Source: Sarea resinae
Taxonomy: Eukaryota
DNA: 64,000 bases
NCBI GenBank assembly: GCA_026026165.1
Contig: JAPEUD010000004.1
Span: 496,001 to 560,000 of the forward strand
Direction of reading: 5' to 3'
Shown: piece after piece, positions 1-13,153 of the stretch
How positions within the stretch are numbered: the stretch's first letter is position 1
Layout: each line of letters starts with the position of its first letter
Translations under genes and position numbers: made by a program
Notes under the pieces: generated by a model
The model's database searches: none
Told to the model about the DNA's origin: nothing
Seen by the model: only the letters and a program-made list of their open reading frames with translations

Positions 1-208
1 ACCTGAACCTTCCCCACATGTCATCATCGACACCGCCGCCCTCGATCTCGATATCATTCATGACCTGCTAAGTCCTCGATCATTCTTATCACACTGCAGA
101 ACCTCAACCGGTCGTCGTCGCAAGGGACGTGAGCAAGTAGCAGCGCATGGAAGGGTACGGGCCATCTCCCTCTGCCGGACGAACCACCTTCACTCATCTT
201 CCTCTACC

Positions 209-3200
209 ATGGGGGATCCGAATGACAGTGATGACAAGGCCTTAGCACCACTTGGTCATCACGTCCCGGGGACGGTCTCGAAAAGCTCTGGAAGTGGTCT
301 ACTGCCGGCGCCTATCGCAACCCTCGTGAGCTTCGCCGCCAAATCTTCTTCAATCTACATTCGTGCCGGCACTTTCATCGGCGGTCTCGCCCTCGACGGC
401 GCACGCGTTTCAACCTTGACCGGACTGGAGGTCAGCCGTGCCGTCGTCGAAGGTGTCCTGTCAAGAGCTGGCCGTGATGTTGCCAGTCGCAGTACGGGAC
501 CGTTGGGCAAGGAGGAAGCGGAGGGGTTGTTGGAGCGCAGCGTAAGTTGAAGAGCCTATCAACTCTCGAGCCGCCCAGGGCTGACATCAATCATCGATAG
601 ATTGCAGCACTTCACACTACCATTACATCAGCATCCTTCCTCGCGTCAACCGGGTTCCACCTATCACTGAGCACCTTGACGTCCGCCTCGGCGCTGTCGC
701 AACAATTACTGGCTACGATGGATGCAATATTGGGAGACACAGAGACTTCTAGAGCTATCGCGGCTATTATAACTCTAATCCGACGAGAGTTCAAGAATCC
801 GGAGACAGGAGCCAATGGAGAGCGTATCGGGATGGGAGATCTCGTTGTTGGGCTGAGTGCCTTCGCACTACTTCAGAGGTGGAGTAAAAAGCATACGGAA
901 AAGGTGGCCCGAGAACAGGGAGCGGAGGATATAGTCTGGGATGTGGTGGTCCTCAACAATGGGAGAAGAGCGGACGTACCGGGTGGAGAAGAAGATCTTG
1001 CAGACACTCCTAGAGGATTAGAAGATTCGAGCAAAATCAAAGGTGGCTTGGAGTATATCCGGGAAATACGTCCCTCATCGTCGGGCTCTATCCATGGAAG
1101 TACTGCGTTGTCCATGACCGGAATGGACGGAAGTGACTGGCCAGAGACCGACCTGCGACATCGCATAATGGAGCAACTCCCTGAGGATGCCCGTGTCACC
1201 ATTGACACGGAGACAGTAACAACGAAGACCATCACCATCGATATCAGCGGATCAGAACTTCCACACATCTTGCCGCCGCCCGGAGTAACCATAGTGGAGG
1301 AGAGCTTTCAGCCTGAAAGAGAAACCGAAGCCGATGGACCCGACAGAAATGGTACAGTATCGAAATTGACCCCTCACTACAGAGTGGTTTTTAAAACCAC
1401 TCATAACAACCAGCGAAGCGCAAGCATTGAACGTCCAATGTCTTCTCGCAAAGAAGACCTCATCACAAATGAAGGCCAAGGAGACGAACTCGAACGGGAT
1501 GCGGGCGATAGTACTCCCTCAGTCTTTGAGCCATTCAGCGGAACATCGGAGCCTCCCACGATCATTTCTGCCCAAGACAATGACTCGGCAGATTATCCAG
1601 TCACTGGGATGGAAGAACAGTATCCCACAGCTGAAGCTGATACCGATACGACCCCTTCAAAGATCCCTGTCAAGAGGACACAAAAGGCCGGAGACCTGCA
1701 GAATAATGCGGCCAACCAGAAACGGCAGAGAAAACCGCTTGGGCCATCATCCCAGACTAACATGCCAGCAAAGAGCTCGGTCGATACCAAATCATCTTCT
1801 TCGAAGGGTACAGCGAACGCCAAACCAAATCCTTCGGACAAGAACGAGAAAAAGGGGTCTATTCGTCGTGCGTTAAAAAAGGGAGCCTCAAACACAAGTC
1901 TCGCAAACCTCTGGGGGAAAGAGGATTCGACAGTTTCACCCTCAGGCCTCAAGGATACGAAATCACCGCGCCCGCCTTGGGGTTATAATAGAGCAGCTGC
2001 TCAAAAAGAGAAGCGTACATCCCAACTCCCCGTGCCCCAGACGCGTGCGTCTCAAACACCCACGCCGAAGTCGCTTCGAGGATCTCAGCGCGATAATCTC
2101 AATCAATTTTCATCTCGGGACCTTGGCCAAAATCTTGACGTTCCACGCAGCGAGTCGAGGACGAGTTTCTACTCCATTCGAGAACGACGACGAGATTCTA
2201 TTGTGTCCCAGACTGATACCTACTCTATCCACTCCATGGAAAATGGGCGACCTGGATCGCCTACGGAGTTCAGAACCCATCGAAGGGAGACAAGCAACTT
2301 ATCGCGGGCAAAGTCAGAAAAGGACATCACCGTCAACCCTTCTTATGACAACATGTCTCAATCGCCAAGGGAGAATCACCGAAGATCCAAGAGTTACGTT
2401 CCCAGCATCTACACTCTCGGGTCTAACGTCTCAGAGACCTCCGTGGTACTTGCCAACAAGGCAGCGAGGAGTCCGTTCAGTGACAGAGCAGCCATCCTGT
2501 CGCTGAGCAGGGATGGCAGTATCCCAGGCATGTTCCCGGAATACCACCTGGTTCGCAACCTGACTCGCTTCTGTCGTTTTTCGTCGGCCTCCTATGGCTC
2601 TCACTTCTTACGAGTGATGGGGATTGCTACTTCAGATGCTGGACCTCATCACGACCACGATGCAGAGCATCATCATGAGCATTACTCTTTCTCCGGGCAC
2701 ACAGGGTTACCTCCGTCGACGATATTGCTCTCATCATTCGTGGATCCTCAAGGCGGAACGAATGCGGCCGGAGAGACCGAGACTGGCGTGCCACTTGTTC
2801 ACTACGTATCCCTTGATCACGGCTCCAAAGCGGTCGTTCTGACCTGTCGTGGCACTCTTGGTTTCGAAGACGTCCTTACCGACATGACCTGCGATTACGA
2901 CGAGCTTTACTGGAGAGGACAAGCGTACAACGTTCACAAGGGAATGCATGCGTCTGCGCGCAGACTTCTTCAAGGCGGTGGAGGAAGACTAATGACTACC
3001 ATCAAAGTGGCCTTGGAAGAGTTTCCAGAGTATGGCTTCGTACTCTGCGGTCATTCGCTTGGGGGAGGTGTTGCCGCCATTCTTGCAATTCTGCTCTCCG
3101 AGCCGAGTCCGGCGGAGATTCCTGGATCTAATTTTGTCACCATGTCTTCTCCGTGGCGGCCTTATCTCTCACTTCCGTCCGGATATGGGGAAGCTGGCAT

Positions 3201-3843
3201 CAGTACAAATCGTGGCTCAGTGCTTCCGCCTGGAAGACCGATTCACGCTTACGCTTACGGTCCTCCAGCGACACTTTCTCCGGCCTTGCGTCGCGCTACC
3301 AGCGGACTCATCACGACGGTCGTCAATGGCCAAGACCTTGTTCCATACCTCTCGCTTGGCAACCTGCGAGACTTCCAAGCTGTCGCCCTCGCTTTCAAAA
3401 CAGATACATCGAATGCAAAGTCTCATGTGCGCAGTCGCGTTTGGGAGACCCTGACGAATGGCCTCACAGGCACTTTCTATGGACAAGCCCTTGGCATTGC
3501 CGGAGAGGAAGACGACTACTGGGCGTGGTCAGCGCTCAAGAGTCTCCGCTCTTGCATGCAAGCGACGAAATTATTACCACCAGGAGAGGTGTTTGTGGTA
3601 GAACGGCAGCCTGTTCTGCAGAGAAGTGCGTTCACCGCTCGAGGAAATGACGGACAGGGAGACAAATATCCCAGCTTGGGCCGACCCGCCGTCAGAGCTG
3701 TCTTGAAGTATGTGAGGGATGTGGAGGGCTGTTTCGGGGAGATCAAATTTGGCAGCTCGATGTTTGCGGATCACAGCCCTGGGAGATATGAGATGAGCCT
3801 GGGGGCTCTCGGAAAAGGCGTTCTGGATGCGGATATATGCTAG
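209..3843 (+). CDS. Class-3 lipase (Lipase_3, diacylglycerol-lipase-like) with a long disordered central region; exons 209-541, 601-3843 (~1191 aa)
   Basis: Intron 542-600 (GTAAGT...CTGAC...TAG) joins ORF 209 in frame to ORF 676. C-terminal domain has VVLTCRGT, VHKGM, nucleophile elbow GHSLGGG, YAYGPP, NGQDLVP and DHSP. Confidence 0.9.
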
Positions 3844-4849
3844 CGGTTCCTGCGATTGGGCTGGATATGGGCGTTCGATATACCAATTGTGCAGGCTGGA
3901 CTGGACATTCATGGGAATTTTTGCAGGAGAAGCTTTGGCAGGAGAAGTTTTTGCAGGGGATGGGGAGCAGTGGGCATGACACATATGAAAATGACGTCAG
4001 ATGTCCATATATATGAATTTGCTCGATACCCCAGCTGTGCGTTTACGTAGACCGAAGAGTCAATACCGAGCATCTAGCATAACACAAAAGATTAAAGTCA
4101 TCATTCAAGCAACGATGTAGCCGAGGCCGTCCTGGGGATCGAATCGATAATCACAAGGGATAGATTAGATCTCCAGTGATTGGGTCAGATCCGACGTTAT
4201 CGGCAATCTTGATAAGATATACGGTGAGCCGGGGTAAGTTCGGCAGCTAAACCATGTGCGACTTAGTGGCCAGGGGAACGGCGAATACCTTTGTAGCAGA
4301 ACAGCAGAGCAAGCAAGAAAGCAGACGGACAATCCTGACCTCATTCCCGTGGGCTCTGCTATATCTAGCTATCGAGCTTATTCGCATTGTTGACTGGAAG
4401 CTCCTCTTCTCCTGTGTCAAGTGCTGTTCACTCAGGAGGAGCAAACGAGTGAGCACGACTACGATCTGTCCGGTGCCCGAGAGCATCCCCAGTGAGATCC
4501 TCAGCCTCTACGAATTCTGGTCTCGAAACACATGGAGAGGCACTCATCCATGACACGGAAAGCAGATGCTGGTCTTTTGGTTGGTGGATCTTACTTTGGG
4601 TAACAAGGGATCCAGGTAGAGCATTAGCAAAGGGACTTTCGTTGCAGGCAAGTCCTCAAAATGTTGTGGGCGTTTGTTTCGACGCTGGAATTGACTGACA
4701 TTCTCAGGACGAAACGTGCCCGGCTCCATCAGACATTTCCATCGTCATACACAATCGTCTGTCTAGCCATACGCCTGTTCAACATCGTCGAGGGGGTGTG
4801 GCTTTGTCAGTGACTGAGCGGTTGGGTCCATCGTTGCACAGTAGACGTG

Positions 4850-6390
4850 ATGTCTTCAGATGCTGGTAATAATATCGGAGATGAGGCTGCGGACGAGACT
4901 GGTCCTCTGGATCCAAGCAGTATGGCCGGACTGGTTCGTTAGACGTCCTCTGTGTTGGCCATGATCGTCGATTAATCTTAGTTCTATAGACTTCCGCCAT
5001 CCTCGACGACTGCCTCCAAAACATACTCCACGATATCGTGCTCAAGACCCACCGGGAAGAAAAGATCCTGCGGATGCAGTCTGCGGCTATAGTCGCCGAG
5101 CAAGCTGCGGAAGAAAAGGGTATTAAAACCAAACACAACAGTGAGGAGTTGGAATCCTCGCCTTTGAAATCTCCAACAAAACCAACAACCGCGGGAGGGA
5201 AGGTCGAGACCCCAGGCGCCATCTACGACAACGGCAGAATATATATCCGATCCAATCCTTTCAAGACTACCAAAGAGATCCTGTGCACCCGTTGCAGATT
5301 GCCTCGCCTCCTATATCCCACAACCGGCAAAGGTGCTCGACCACCGCCAGATCCGAACAAGCAATACTGCGCCCGCCATCCCTTTATCGACAAGCCAGGC
5401 CATGATATCTACGGTAACCCGTTTCCTTCTGATAGTGCTAGAGCGAAGAAAGATGCCAAGATGCAGTCGCTCAAAGCAAATGATTCGAGACCGGGCACAC
5501 CTTCGGGCAATGGCACCACCACGCCAACGACGACGACGGCAGGGCCAACGTTTCCAACCATCAAGTGTCCCGTCTGTACTCGATCCCTCATAATAACGCG
5601 CTTTGCCCAGCATCTCGAAAAGTGCATGGGTATATCCGGCCGCCAAAGCAGCCGCAACGCCATGGCAAAGATGAACTCCCAGCAGAGCGGCAATACTCCC
5701 CTTGGAAGTCGGACCGGGACTCCTGTTCCTGGCGCTACTGGCAACGGCAGTAGCAGCTTCGGCAGTGGAAGCAACCAGCTGCCGTCTTCTAGCAACAAAA
5801 AGAACAGCCCCGTGAAGCGGGCTCGTGAAGACGACGATAAAACCCTCGGCGACGCATCCGCCACGCCTCCTCCGCAGAAGAAGAAGAAAGTCTTCAACAA
5901 AAAGACGCCTGCGGCGACGGCAACGGCTCTCGATAGAAACCGGTTTCCGAAACTCAAGGATAGTGCGAATAAACTACAGCCGTCGAAACTCGCTACGCTG
6001 CAGAATGCGGCCAGTAACACATCGCCCTCTCGCGGTTCCGCTACTCCTTCTACCAAAAAGGAGGATAAAGAGTCCGCGGGGGCGAGTAAGGATACAGAGA
6101 TGACGTCGCCTACATTCACGAAGAAGGTAGCTAAGAAGAAGAAACCCCCAACGACGGCGGCGGCGGCGGCGGCGAATGATACTCAGGGGGATGGACCGGG
6201 TCCCAAGGGGCTTAGTCTCAAAGCGAGAAAGGAGAAGGCGAAATTGGAAAAGGAGAGAGAAAAGGAAAAAGAAAAGGCTGGACATATCGGCAGTGGTCCC
6301 ACTGGCGGCGGCGGTAGTGGTGGTGGTGGTGATGGTGGAGAGGCGACGAACGGCAGTAGTGGTAGCACGGGCGTCAATGGGCAGGGCTAG
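4850..6390 (+). CDS. SGF11: SAGA deubiquitination-module subunit Sgf11; exons 4850-4933, 4990-6390 (~494 aa)
   Basis: ATG 4850 and intron 4934-4989 (GTTCGT...TAG, phase 0) give ...SSMAGL|TSAILDDCLQNILHDIVLKTHREEK. Zinc finger CPVCTRSLIITRFAQHLEKCMG is Sgf11/ATXN7L3 type. Lys/Gly-rich low-complexity tail. Confidence 0.85.
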
Positions 6391-6779
6391 GTTCTGAGGG
6401 GGCCGAAAAAGGCCAGCTCTGCGCATAGCATGCATGCATACATATCATGTTGTTTTCGGTTTCGTTTCGACGGCATGAACTGGGCGTTTTGTTTTTCCCA
6501 TTGGCATCCCGGGTTTCTGTCTGTTGCATCACCGTTTGGTAAGGAGTCTCTCTCTCTCTGTCTCTCTTTTGGTCAGTCGGAGAGCCCGTTGCGTCTGGAG
6601 TGATGACGGGGCCTGATAGCACGGGGATGAAAATGAGAAAGATTCCGGACCGAATGTCGTCGGGAAAAGCTCGATAGATGATGGATAGGTAGATGGGCAT
6701 TGTCATCGAATCGAATTGAATCGATACCTGATATTCAACCCTGATGCCCCCCATTTCCCGGTCTGCCGCATTGTTCTAG

Positions 6780-7097
6780 AGTGTTACCTCCACCCTGGTC
6801 TACCACACTACACTATACTAGAACATCGATCCCCCCTTCTCTCTCTCTCTCTCTCTCTCCCTCTCCAATCTCTTTAATCTCTCTCTATTCATATATCAAT
6901 ATATCTACTACGTATCTACATCCCTTCTCGCGATGGCTTTGATCTCGCTCGTCGTCATTCCCCCATATACATATATCCGCATCTCGAATATCCACATCAC
7001 GCATCTCGAATCTCGAATCTCGAATATCGAAGATCGAAGATCGAATATCGAATATCGAATATCAAATATTCGCATCTCGAATCTCGACTGTCGAATA

Positions 7098-7142
<45 letters not shown>

Positions 7143-7605
7143 CATCCATCCTCGTTCCATCCTCACTCACTCACTCGGCTCGCTCACTCGCCTTGACTGG
7201 CGCTTTTCCCCCTACCCTTACCTGGTTTTGGTGTTGTCTTGTGTTGTCCTGTGATAGTGGATGTCAATGAGTGCATGTCAATGAGTGGAATGAGTAGGTG
7301 AGTGGATGTCATCAGATGGCAGTAGACAGCAGTAGATAGCAGTGGATAGCAGCAGACAGCAAAATAGTCCCTAAGTCCCTCAGTCAGCCCAACTCCATTC
7401 ACCTCCCTCCCTCCCTCCCTCCCTCCCTCCCTCCTACTCCTCTGATAATCTCATACTCCCCCAATTCCCTCCAACCCACCTATCCAACTCTCTTCAACCC
7501 CTTTAACTCCCTTCTACTCCCTCAGAGGGCATTAGAGGGCATCAGAGCACATCAGAAGCCGGTATAACTACTCTCCGTCACTCTGAATCTCTTGACTCAA
7601 GACTC

Positions 7606-7637
<32 letters not shown>

Positions 7638-8270
7638 TCAGCAGCAGCAGTAGTCAATAGTCAATAGTCAATAGTCAATAGTCAATACATCATGAATCAA
7701 GCGCTCGGCTCAGTTTACTTGATTGATTAGTCGATTCGATACGATAGCCAGCTGGAAACCGATAGAGTGAGAGAGTGATAGCTAGCTGGATAGTAGTAAT
7801 AGAGTGATATATGGATATGATGGGATGCGCTAGGATGGGATACAGACACGCCCTAGTGCCGTACCGTGTGTGTGTGTGTGTGTGTGTGGCGTGGAGTCGG
7901 ATCTTGACAGGTGCCCGCCCGGGTTAGACCTATGGTTGGTTCTCTCCAGTCAGTTCTCCAGCCAGTCCCTACAGTGGTCGTGACACGACACGACACGACA
8001 GAAACACCACAGCACACCACAGCTCCGACCATATCATACCATACCATACCATACCTACTCTAGTAGTTGGCTGTTGGCTGATATCTACTCTAGTAGTTGA
8101 CTGGTAGGTAGCTGAAACCCCTTGATGATCATCTACTAGAAAAAGAAACAGAAAAAGAAAAACAAACAGAACAGACGAATAGATCACGCGTAGAGTATGT
8201 AGTAGAAACGTTCAATGGCATCAATGCGCAGGCTAGATGGATGGATGGATGGATGGATGGATGGTTTCAC
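6780..8270. repeat. Microsatellite-rich, partly TpA-enriched island 1 between convergent SGF11 and RPL24
   Basis: Runs of (CT)n, (TCGAATA)n-like, (CCCGTAT)-like, (TCCC)n, (AGT)n next to (AGC)n, (AGTCAAT)n, (GT)n and (GGAT)n. No credible ORF. Confidence 0.85.
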
Positions 8271-8745
8271 GGCAGTTGCGTCTTCCCTTCAGGACGCTAT
8301 CACGAGCGGGCGGGGGCGAGAGGATGGCGCAATAGGATGATGGTATGGAATTCAAGTAGGTGGTTGCTGAAGATGCCTCGATTAGTCTCCGAGGGGTTGA
8401 GAAGAGTTGGGGACGCGTGCGTCGTGCGTTTGGTATAAGTGGGTGAGTGAGTGAGTTGGTGACTTGAGTCCCATGGGGGTAGATGCATGGTGGGGTCGGT
8501 TTGGCTTTTCTATCGAGAGGCTCTTTCGATCACATCTATCAAGACATAGCAACCGCTTCACTGATCTCACCATGACACACAAACACAAACAGAAGCACAA
8601 ACTTCTTCGCGCCATCCAGCCCCACATCTCAAATCAAAACGTGGTCAAAGGGGTCTTTCATTTCCATTTCCTTGTAGAGAATAAGAAAAACCAAGCCAGC
8701 ACACACGCGAGCACTCCGTCCCCTCCTATCTTATCCATTCAATCC

Positions 8746-9614
8746 TTAACGGCTCGTGGCAGCGGGCTTGACCGGCTTCCCCTTGGCGCCCTGCTTGCTC
8801 TGGATACGTGCCGTCTGGCCACGCGCAGCACCGGCCGCTCCCTTGGCTTTCTCCATCTTCTTCTTGCTCTCGAGCGTCGTCTTGCGCTCCTTGCCTTCCT
8901 TGATGGCGGCTTGGCGGGCGGCGGCGCGCGCTTCGGGGCGCTGGGCGCGGCGCTCCTTGATCACGTCGAGCGAGGCGCCGACGATGGCTCGTTGGGACTT
9001 GACCGTGCGGCGGGTGCGTTTCTTGGCGACTTCCTATTGGGGGGTGAAAAAGAGAATTTCAGCTATCGTTCATCTTGGCAGGCGTCGAAGTCAAAGCCAC
9101 AAGTCTCCATCCAGCTATCCATCCCTCTACCCGTTCATCCCTTCTCTTGTGCAATATGATCCCCAGATGGTAATGAAAAGGGTCCTCAGACTCACCTCAG
9201 AGATACCCTTCTTGTGTTGTCTTCGGTAAAGCGTAGTCCATGAGATACGACGAGGGTTCTTTCGCTGCAGGAACAAAGACTCCGTCTTGCCGTTTTGGAA
9301 TCGGAAGATTTTGCTGTCACCGCGGACGTAGAGCTTTCCCTGCACAGAAGCAAAACACCTCGAATCAGCCTTCCATTCCAGCGAAACATAGTCCCAGCAT
9401 ATGATCAAAGTCCGCCGTTCATCGTCGAATCAAGCCCCTCCCCCATCTATCCAATTCCACCAAAAGTCCAACCAAAGAAAAGCGGTAGGATGCGAACGGA
9501 CCTTGCCAGGATAGATTCTCTGCCCGGAGAACGTGTCTGTACGAAGAAAGCGTCAGTTTGGCATGCTCCAGATTTGACCGGCGGCAGGAGAGACCGACCG
9601 TCGTATGTCCTCAT
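8746..9614 (-). CDS. RPL24: 60S ribosomal protein L24 (eL24); exons 9614-9599, 9536-9502, 9339-9196, 9033-8746 (160 aa)
   Basis: Spliced product [77 protein letters not shown]...; all three junctions are GT-AG and in frame. Confidence 0.97.
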
Positions 9615-9634
9615 CGTGGCTGGTGTTGATGTCG

Positions 9635-9707
9635 CTGAAACAAGCAAAACCCGATCAGTATGTGGACCTAGAAGACTGAAGGCGTTCAAACGTGGTCTTC
9701 AACTTAC
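9635..9707 (-). other. Probable 5'-UTR intron of RPL24
   Basis: Minus-strand GTAAGT donor at 9707, TACTGAT branch point and pyrimidine-rich TTTCAG acceptor at 9635, 20 nt before the ATG. Confidence 0.75.
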
Positions 9708-10324
9708 AACCACGAAATGTAAGGGTTTGTCGTTGAAAAAGTCCGTCGTCGTCGTCGCTGGCTAGCGATTCGCGGAATGACGATAATCGTGAAATGGGCA
9801 ATGCAGTTGTGTGGATGACTAATCTTAGCCGAGTGCGCCGTTGGGTTGTGTGGTGCCGATTAGGGCAAGACCTAAGCGAGGCTTTACCACGACCGATTGC
9901 AGAGAGGTTCCAATACTTCGCTACAGGGCCGTCCGTGCTTCAGTAATGAGGTAGAGTGAGGTGATGGAGGCCGTGTCGGCGCTGTACATAATAGATCGAG
10001 CGTCTTGATTCATATCAACACCATGAGACTCTACCCTTATTGATTTTGTAGATGTCTCTGCGTCCGTCGTTAAGCTATCGTGGCTATCTATCGCTCTTCT
10101 TCGCTGCACACATGAATGCCTCCGCTATGATATCCGTTCCGCTATCCGTCCGACCAACGTGCAAGAAAGGCTCACCGACCTAAATCGTTTGAAGATGCTT
10201 GAAAGGAGAATGTGATATGAGAAACTATCAGCGCTGCGAGCTGCTAATAAGCTGTCCCTATCGAAAGGAGTCGATCTTCTCTCCCCGCAACTCTCCTCCG
10301 CTTCAGACCCATTCGAGCTCGCAT

Positions 10325-13153
10325 TTACTCGTGCCAGTCGCATTTTGCATACGGTTCTGGCTTACACTCCTGGGCGATTGATGTTATGAAACGTTCTCAG
10401 TGTTAAAGAGAATCAGAGCGACTTACCTTGCACTGCTGGTCCTGGCAGATGGCAGTGGGGCAGATGCCGGCACATTCGGTGCAGCAACGCTTCTTGCAGT
10501 CGGTACACTTCAAGAAGACGTCCTCATCAAGACCAATGGGATTCCATAGACGGATTTCTCTAAGCAAATCATCGGCGCGGATCTTTTCGGCTTCGGTCTT
10601 GTTGCCATCGAGAAGGATGAGGGATTGCTCCAGGTAGACGCAGCACGGGCGACGGCAGAGTTCGCATTGCCCAAGGCAAGTGGCGCACCAAAGGTTACGA
10701 GAAGACCACGAGCGATGGTGGTTGGGATGTGGGATCGTGAGGTCACCATAGATCCACTTGGTACGAGACACATTCAGCCTCTCACGAAGCTCTCGGTTCT
10801 GTGCAAATTTTCTTTGTCAGTATTGACTTGTGGCTAGAACAGGGAATGTTTCATTATTGTAATTGAGAGATGTTCTCAGACCAATGACACGAAACAGAAG
10901 ACTCACCTTGGCTTGGATGTAGTCGTCAGTGTCCTTCTTCTGCTCACGAGCTTCCTTTTGCGCATCTGTCTCTACCTTCTTGACTTGTGCACGCCCTTTC
11001 CCTTTCCCTTTCTTGACGTCCTTCTGAGTGGGGGATCGCTCATTCAATTTGCCTTCAACCAAATTGTGGCTAGTTTGCGTCGACTTGAGCTCGCTGGCAT
11101 TCGGACCGCTGACCTTTGAGTCGCCCGACTTGCCTTTGCTCGGCTTATGCTTGCCAGTCTTGAAACCAAAAGCTTTCTCAAAAGTTTTCTGTCCCTTATT
11201 CTCCTGTTGAGAAGCCTCCTGGTCCTTTCTCAAAGCCTTGTTCTCTTGCTCGGAAGCCGCGCCGTCTTGCTTTAGACCCTTCATCCCTTGTCCAGAAGCC
11301 TTGACATCATCTTCATCATCAAGGAGATTGGTTTGCTTCTTGGGATTCTTCGGATAATCCTTTGCTGCCGCGGTACCCTTTCCGAGAGGCGCAGTGGCTC
11401 CAAGGGCCTTTGTGTCCTTTACAGTCTTGTCGTGTTTGTTAGAGTCTTTAGTCTCATTAGTGGCCTTGGTCTCATCTTTATCAGCCTTGGAACCCTGATT
11501 GAGAGCCTGACGGGGTTTAGGTCCAGCTACAGCGACTGGAGTATCCATACTCATGTTGGCCTCCATGTTATCTTTCTTGGTTACCGGTTCAATTTTGTTC
11601 TTGTGGTAAAGTTGCTCGGACACCAGAGCATCCAGATCGTCGGCAGCATATTTGGGCTTGGACTTGCTAAGAGACTTGGTAGCCTTGTTACCGGATCTGC
11701 CACCGGGCTTGCCATGAGCAGTACTATCCGAGCTCGCTGATGCCGTGGCCTGTGCTTGGTCCAGTGTTGTATCACCGTCTTGATCGCCTGGGTCCTTCGT
11801 TGCTTGGAGGTGACCGGATTCTGCTGCTATCTCAGCGTTGACCTCTTCTGGATCGAGATTCAGCATTTCGGCCAAGCCTATCTTGCTCTTATCCTGATTT
11901 TGTTCGGGACCTCCACGACTGGCAAGACGAGGCACAGCTGTCAGCGGAGCGCGAGGGATGTATCCAGATCGTTCAGTCTGAGCTTTGGTTAGGGTCACTA
12001 GTTCATCTTTGACCTTTTTGCCAAGGCCCATTACATGATCTTCGGTCGGGGCGGAGTTTTGGAAGTCGGAGTTGACCTTTTTACCAGTATTCGTTGCAAG
12101 ACCTAGACCAGTGAGCCTCCATTCAAATAGGTCAGGTCATAATAGGACTCACTATCTCCTTTGGCTGCAATATCCACCCTGAGGTTGTTGATATTACGAT
12201 TGCGGTCCTTGATTGTCTTCGGGGGGAGGAGCAACTCGGCCTTGGTTTGGTCTCCAGTGGCTACCGTATGGCCTAGTTCTCCATAAGTGTCCAAAAATCT
12301 CCCATATTGAACTGATGACTAAGCTCACCTCCTTTGGATAGAACCTGAGTATCAACCTTGGGATCCTCCCTAAGATCTTTGGTCTTTACAGTACTAGCAA
12401 CTACCTCAGAGACGGCTTGGTATTCGGCAATTGGTGCGCGCCCTACAAGGAAGTAAGCTCTTGAGATTTCAGTCTGGATCTGGACTCAAACTGACCTCCC
12501 TTGGACACGTCTCTCTCGGGAACAGCTCCCTTGGACCAACCCTTATTTGCTCTGACTCGGTTGACACCACACTCTTTGGTCTTGGCTGCAGTATCAAGTG
12601 TCTCAGGAAAGATTTCGCCACTATTGGCTGCTTTCATTTCATTCCCAGATTCAAGATGGCGGGATTGCTTCTCAACTTGAAAACCAAGGAGAGTAAGCTT
12701 TTGATTGAAGGTCAGCTTGAATTTAACACTGTATCTTACCTTTGCTATCCGCTTTCAATTCTCTCTCAGCCATGAGGTTCGCGTCGTTTTGTTTACCGAT
12801 CTTGCTTGGGCCAACCTTCGATTTCGAGTCCGGAAGAGTTTCAGAAGCCACTTGACAAGTGATAGCAGTGAGCTTCCGTTATGATAGAGCTTACGATGAG
12901 TTCTTGACTTACAACTCTGTCCCCCATTGGGTTCCATACTGTCTGTCTGTTCAGGGTTCGTTATGAGAGCTCGCTCGCGGCGGCGTGTTGCATTTAGCTC
13001 GTTCATTTGGCTATGAAAGAGAATGGCATTGATCACGAGCTGTGCCGCCAGCAAAGAAGTCACGGTGATGGTCCCGCCTTGGTAGGCAATTATTGAATAT
13101 GATAAGAAAACCATTGCCGCAATGGCTCTGGTTCTGGCGCTGAAGAGAGGCAT
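10325..13153 (-). CDS. Uncharacterised ~792-aa protein: N-terminal hydrophobic segments, charged low-complexity middle, C-terminal Cys-rich domain; exons 13153-12913, 12850-12740, 12675-12496, 12442-12329, 12272-12153, 12102-10907, 10798-10427, 10369-10325
   Basis: Seven GT-AG introns (50-108 nt) join five separately listed ORFs into one stop-free frame ending ...CQDQQCK|ECKPEPYAKCDWHE*. The 5' exons and start codon are less certain than the 3' exons. Confidence 0.72.

Noticed and set aside
4100..4850. Small ORFs between the lipase and SGF11
   Set aside because: Short, without motifs or consistent splice signals; most likely terminator, promoter and UTR sequence.
8464..9229. Plus-strand ORFs of 231 and 157 aa opposite RPL24, and similar antisense ORFs over other genes
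   Set aside because: Shadow ORFs caused by codon bias on the coding strand.
9034..9501. Two 162-nt RPL24 introns as snoRNA hosts
   Set aside because: No convincing C/D box pair or H/ACA layout; the CTGA motifs near the 3' ends coincide with branch points. The equal length is probably chance.
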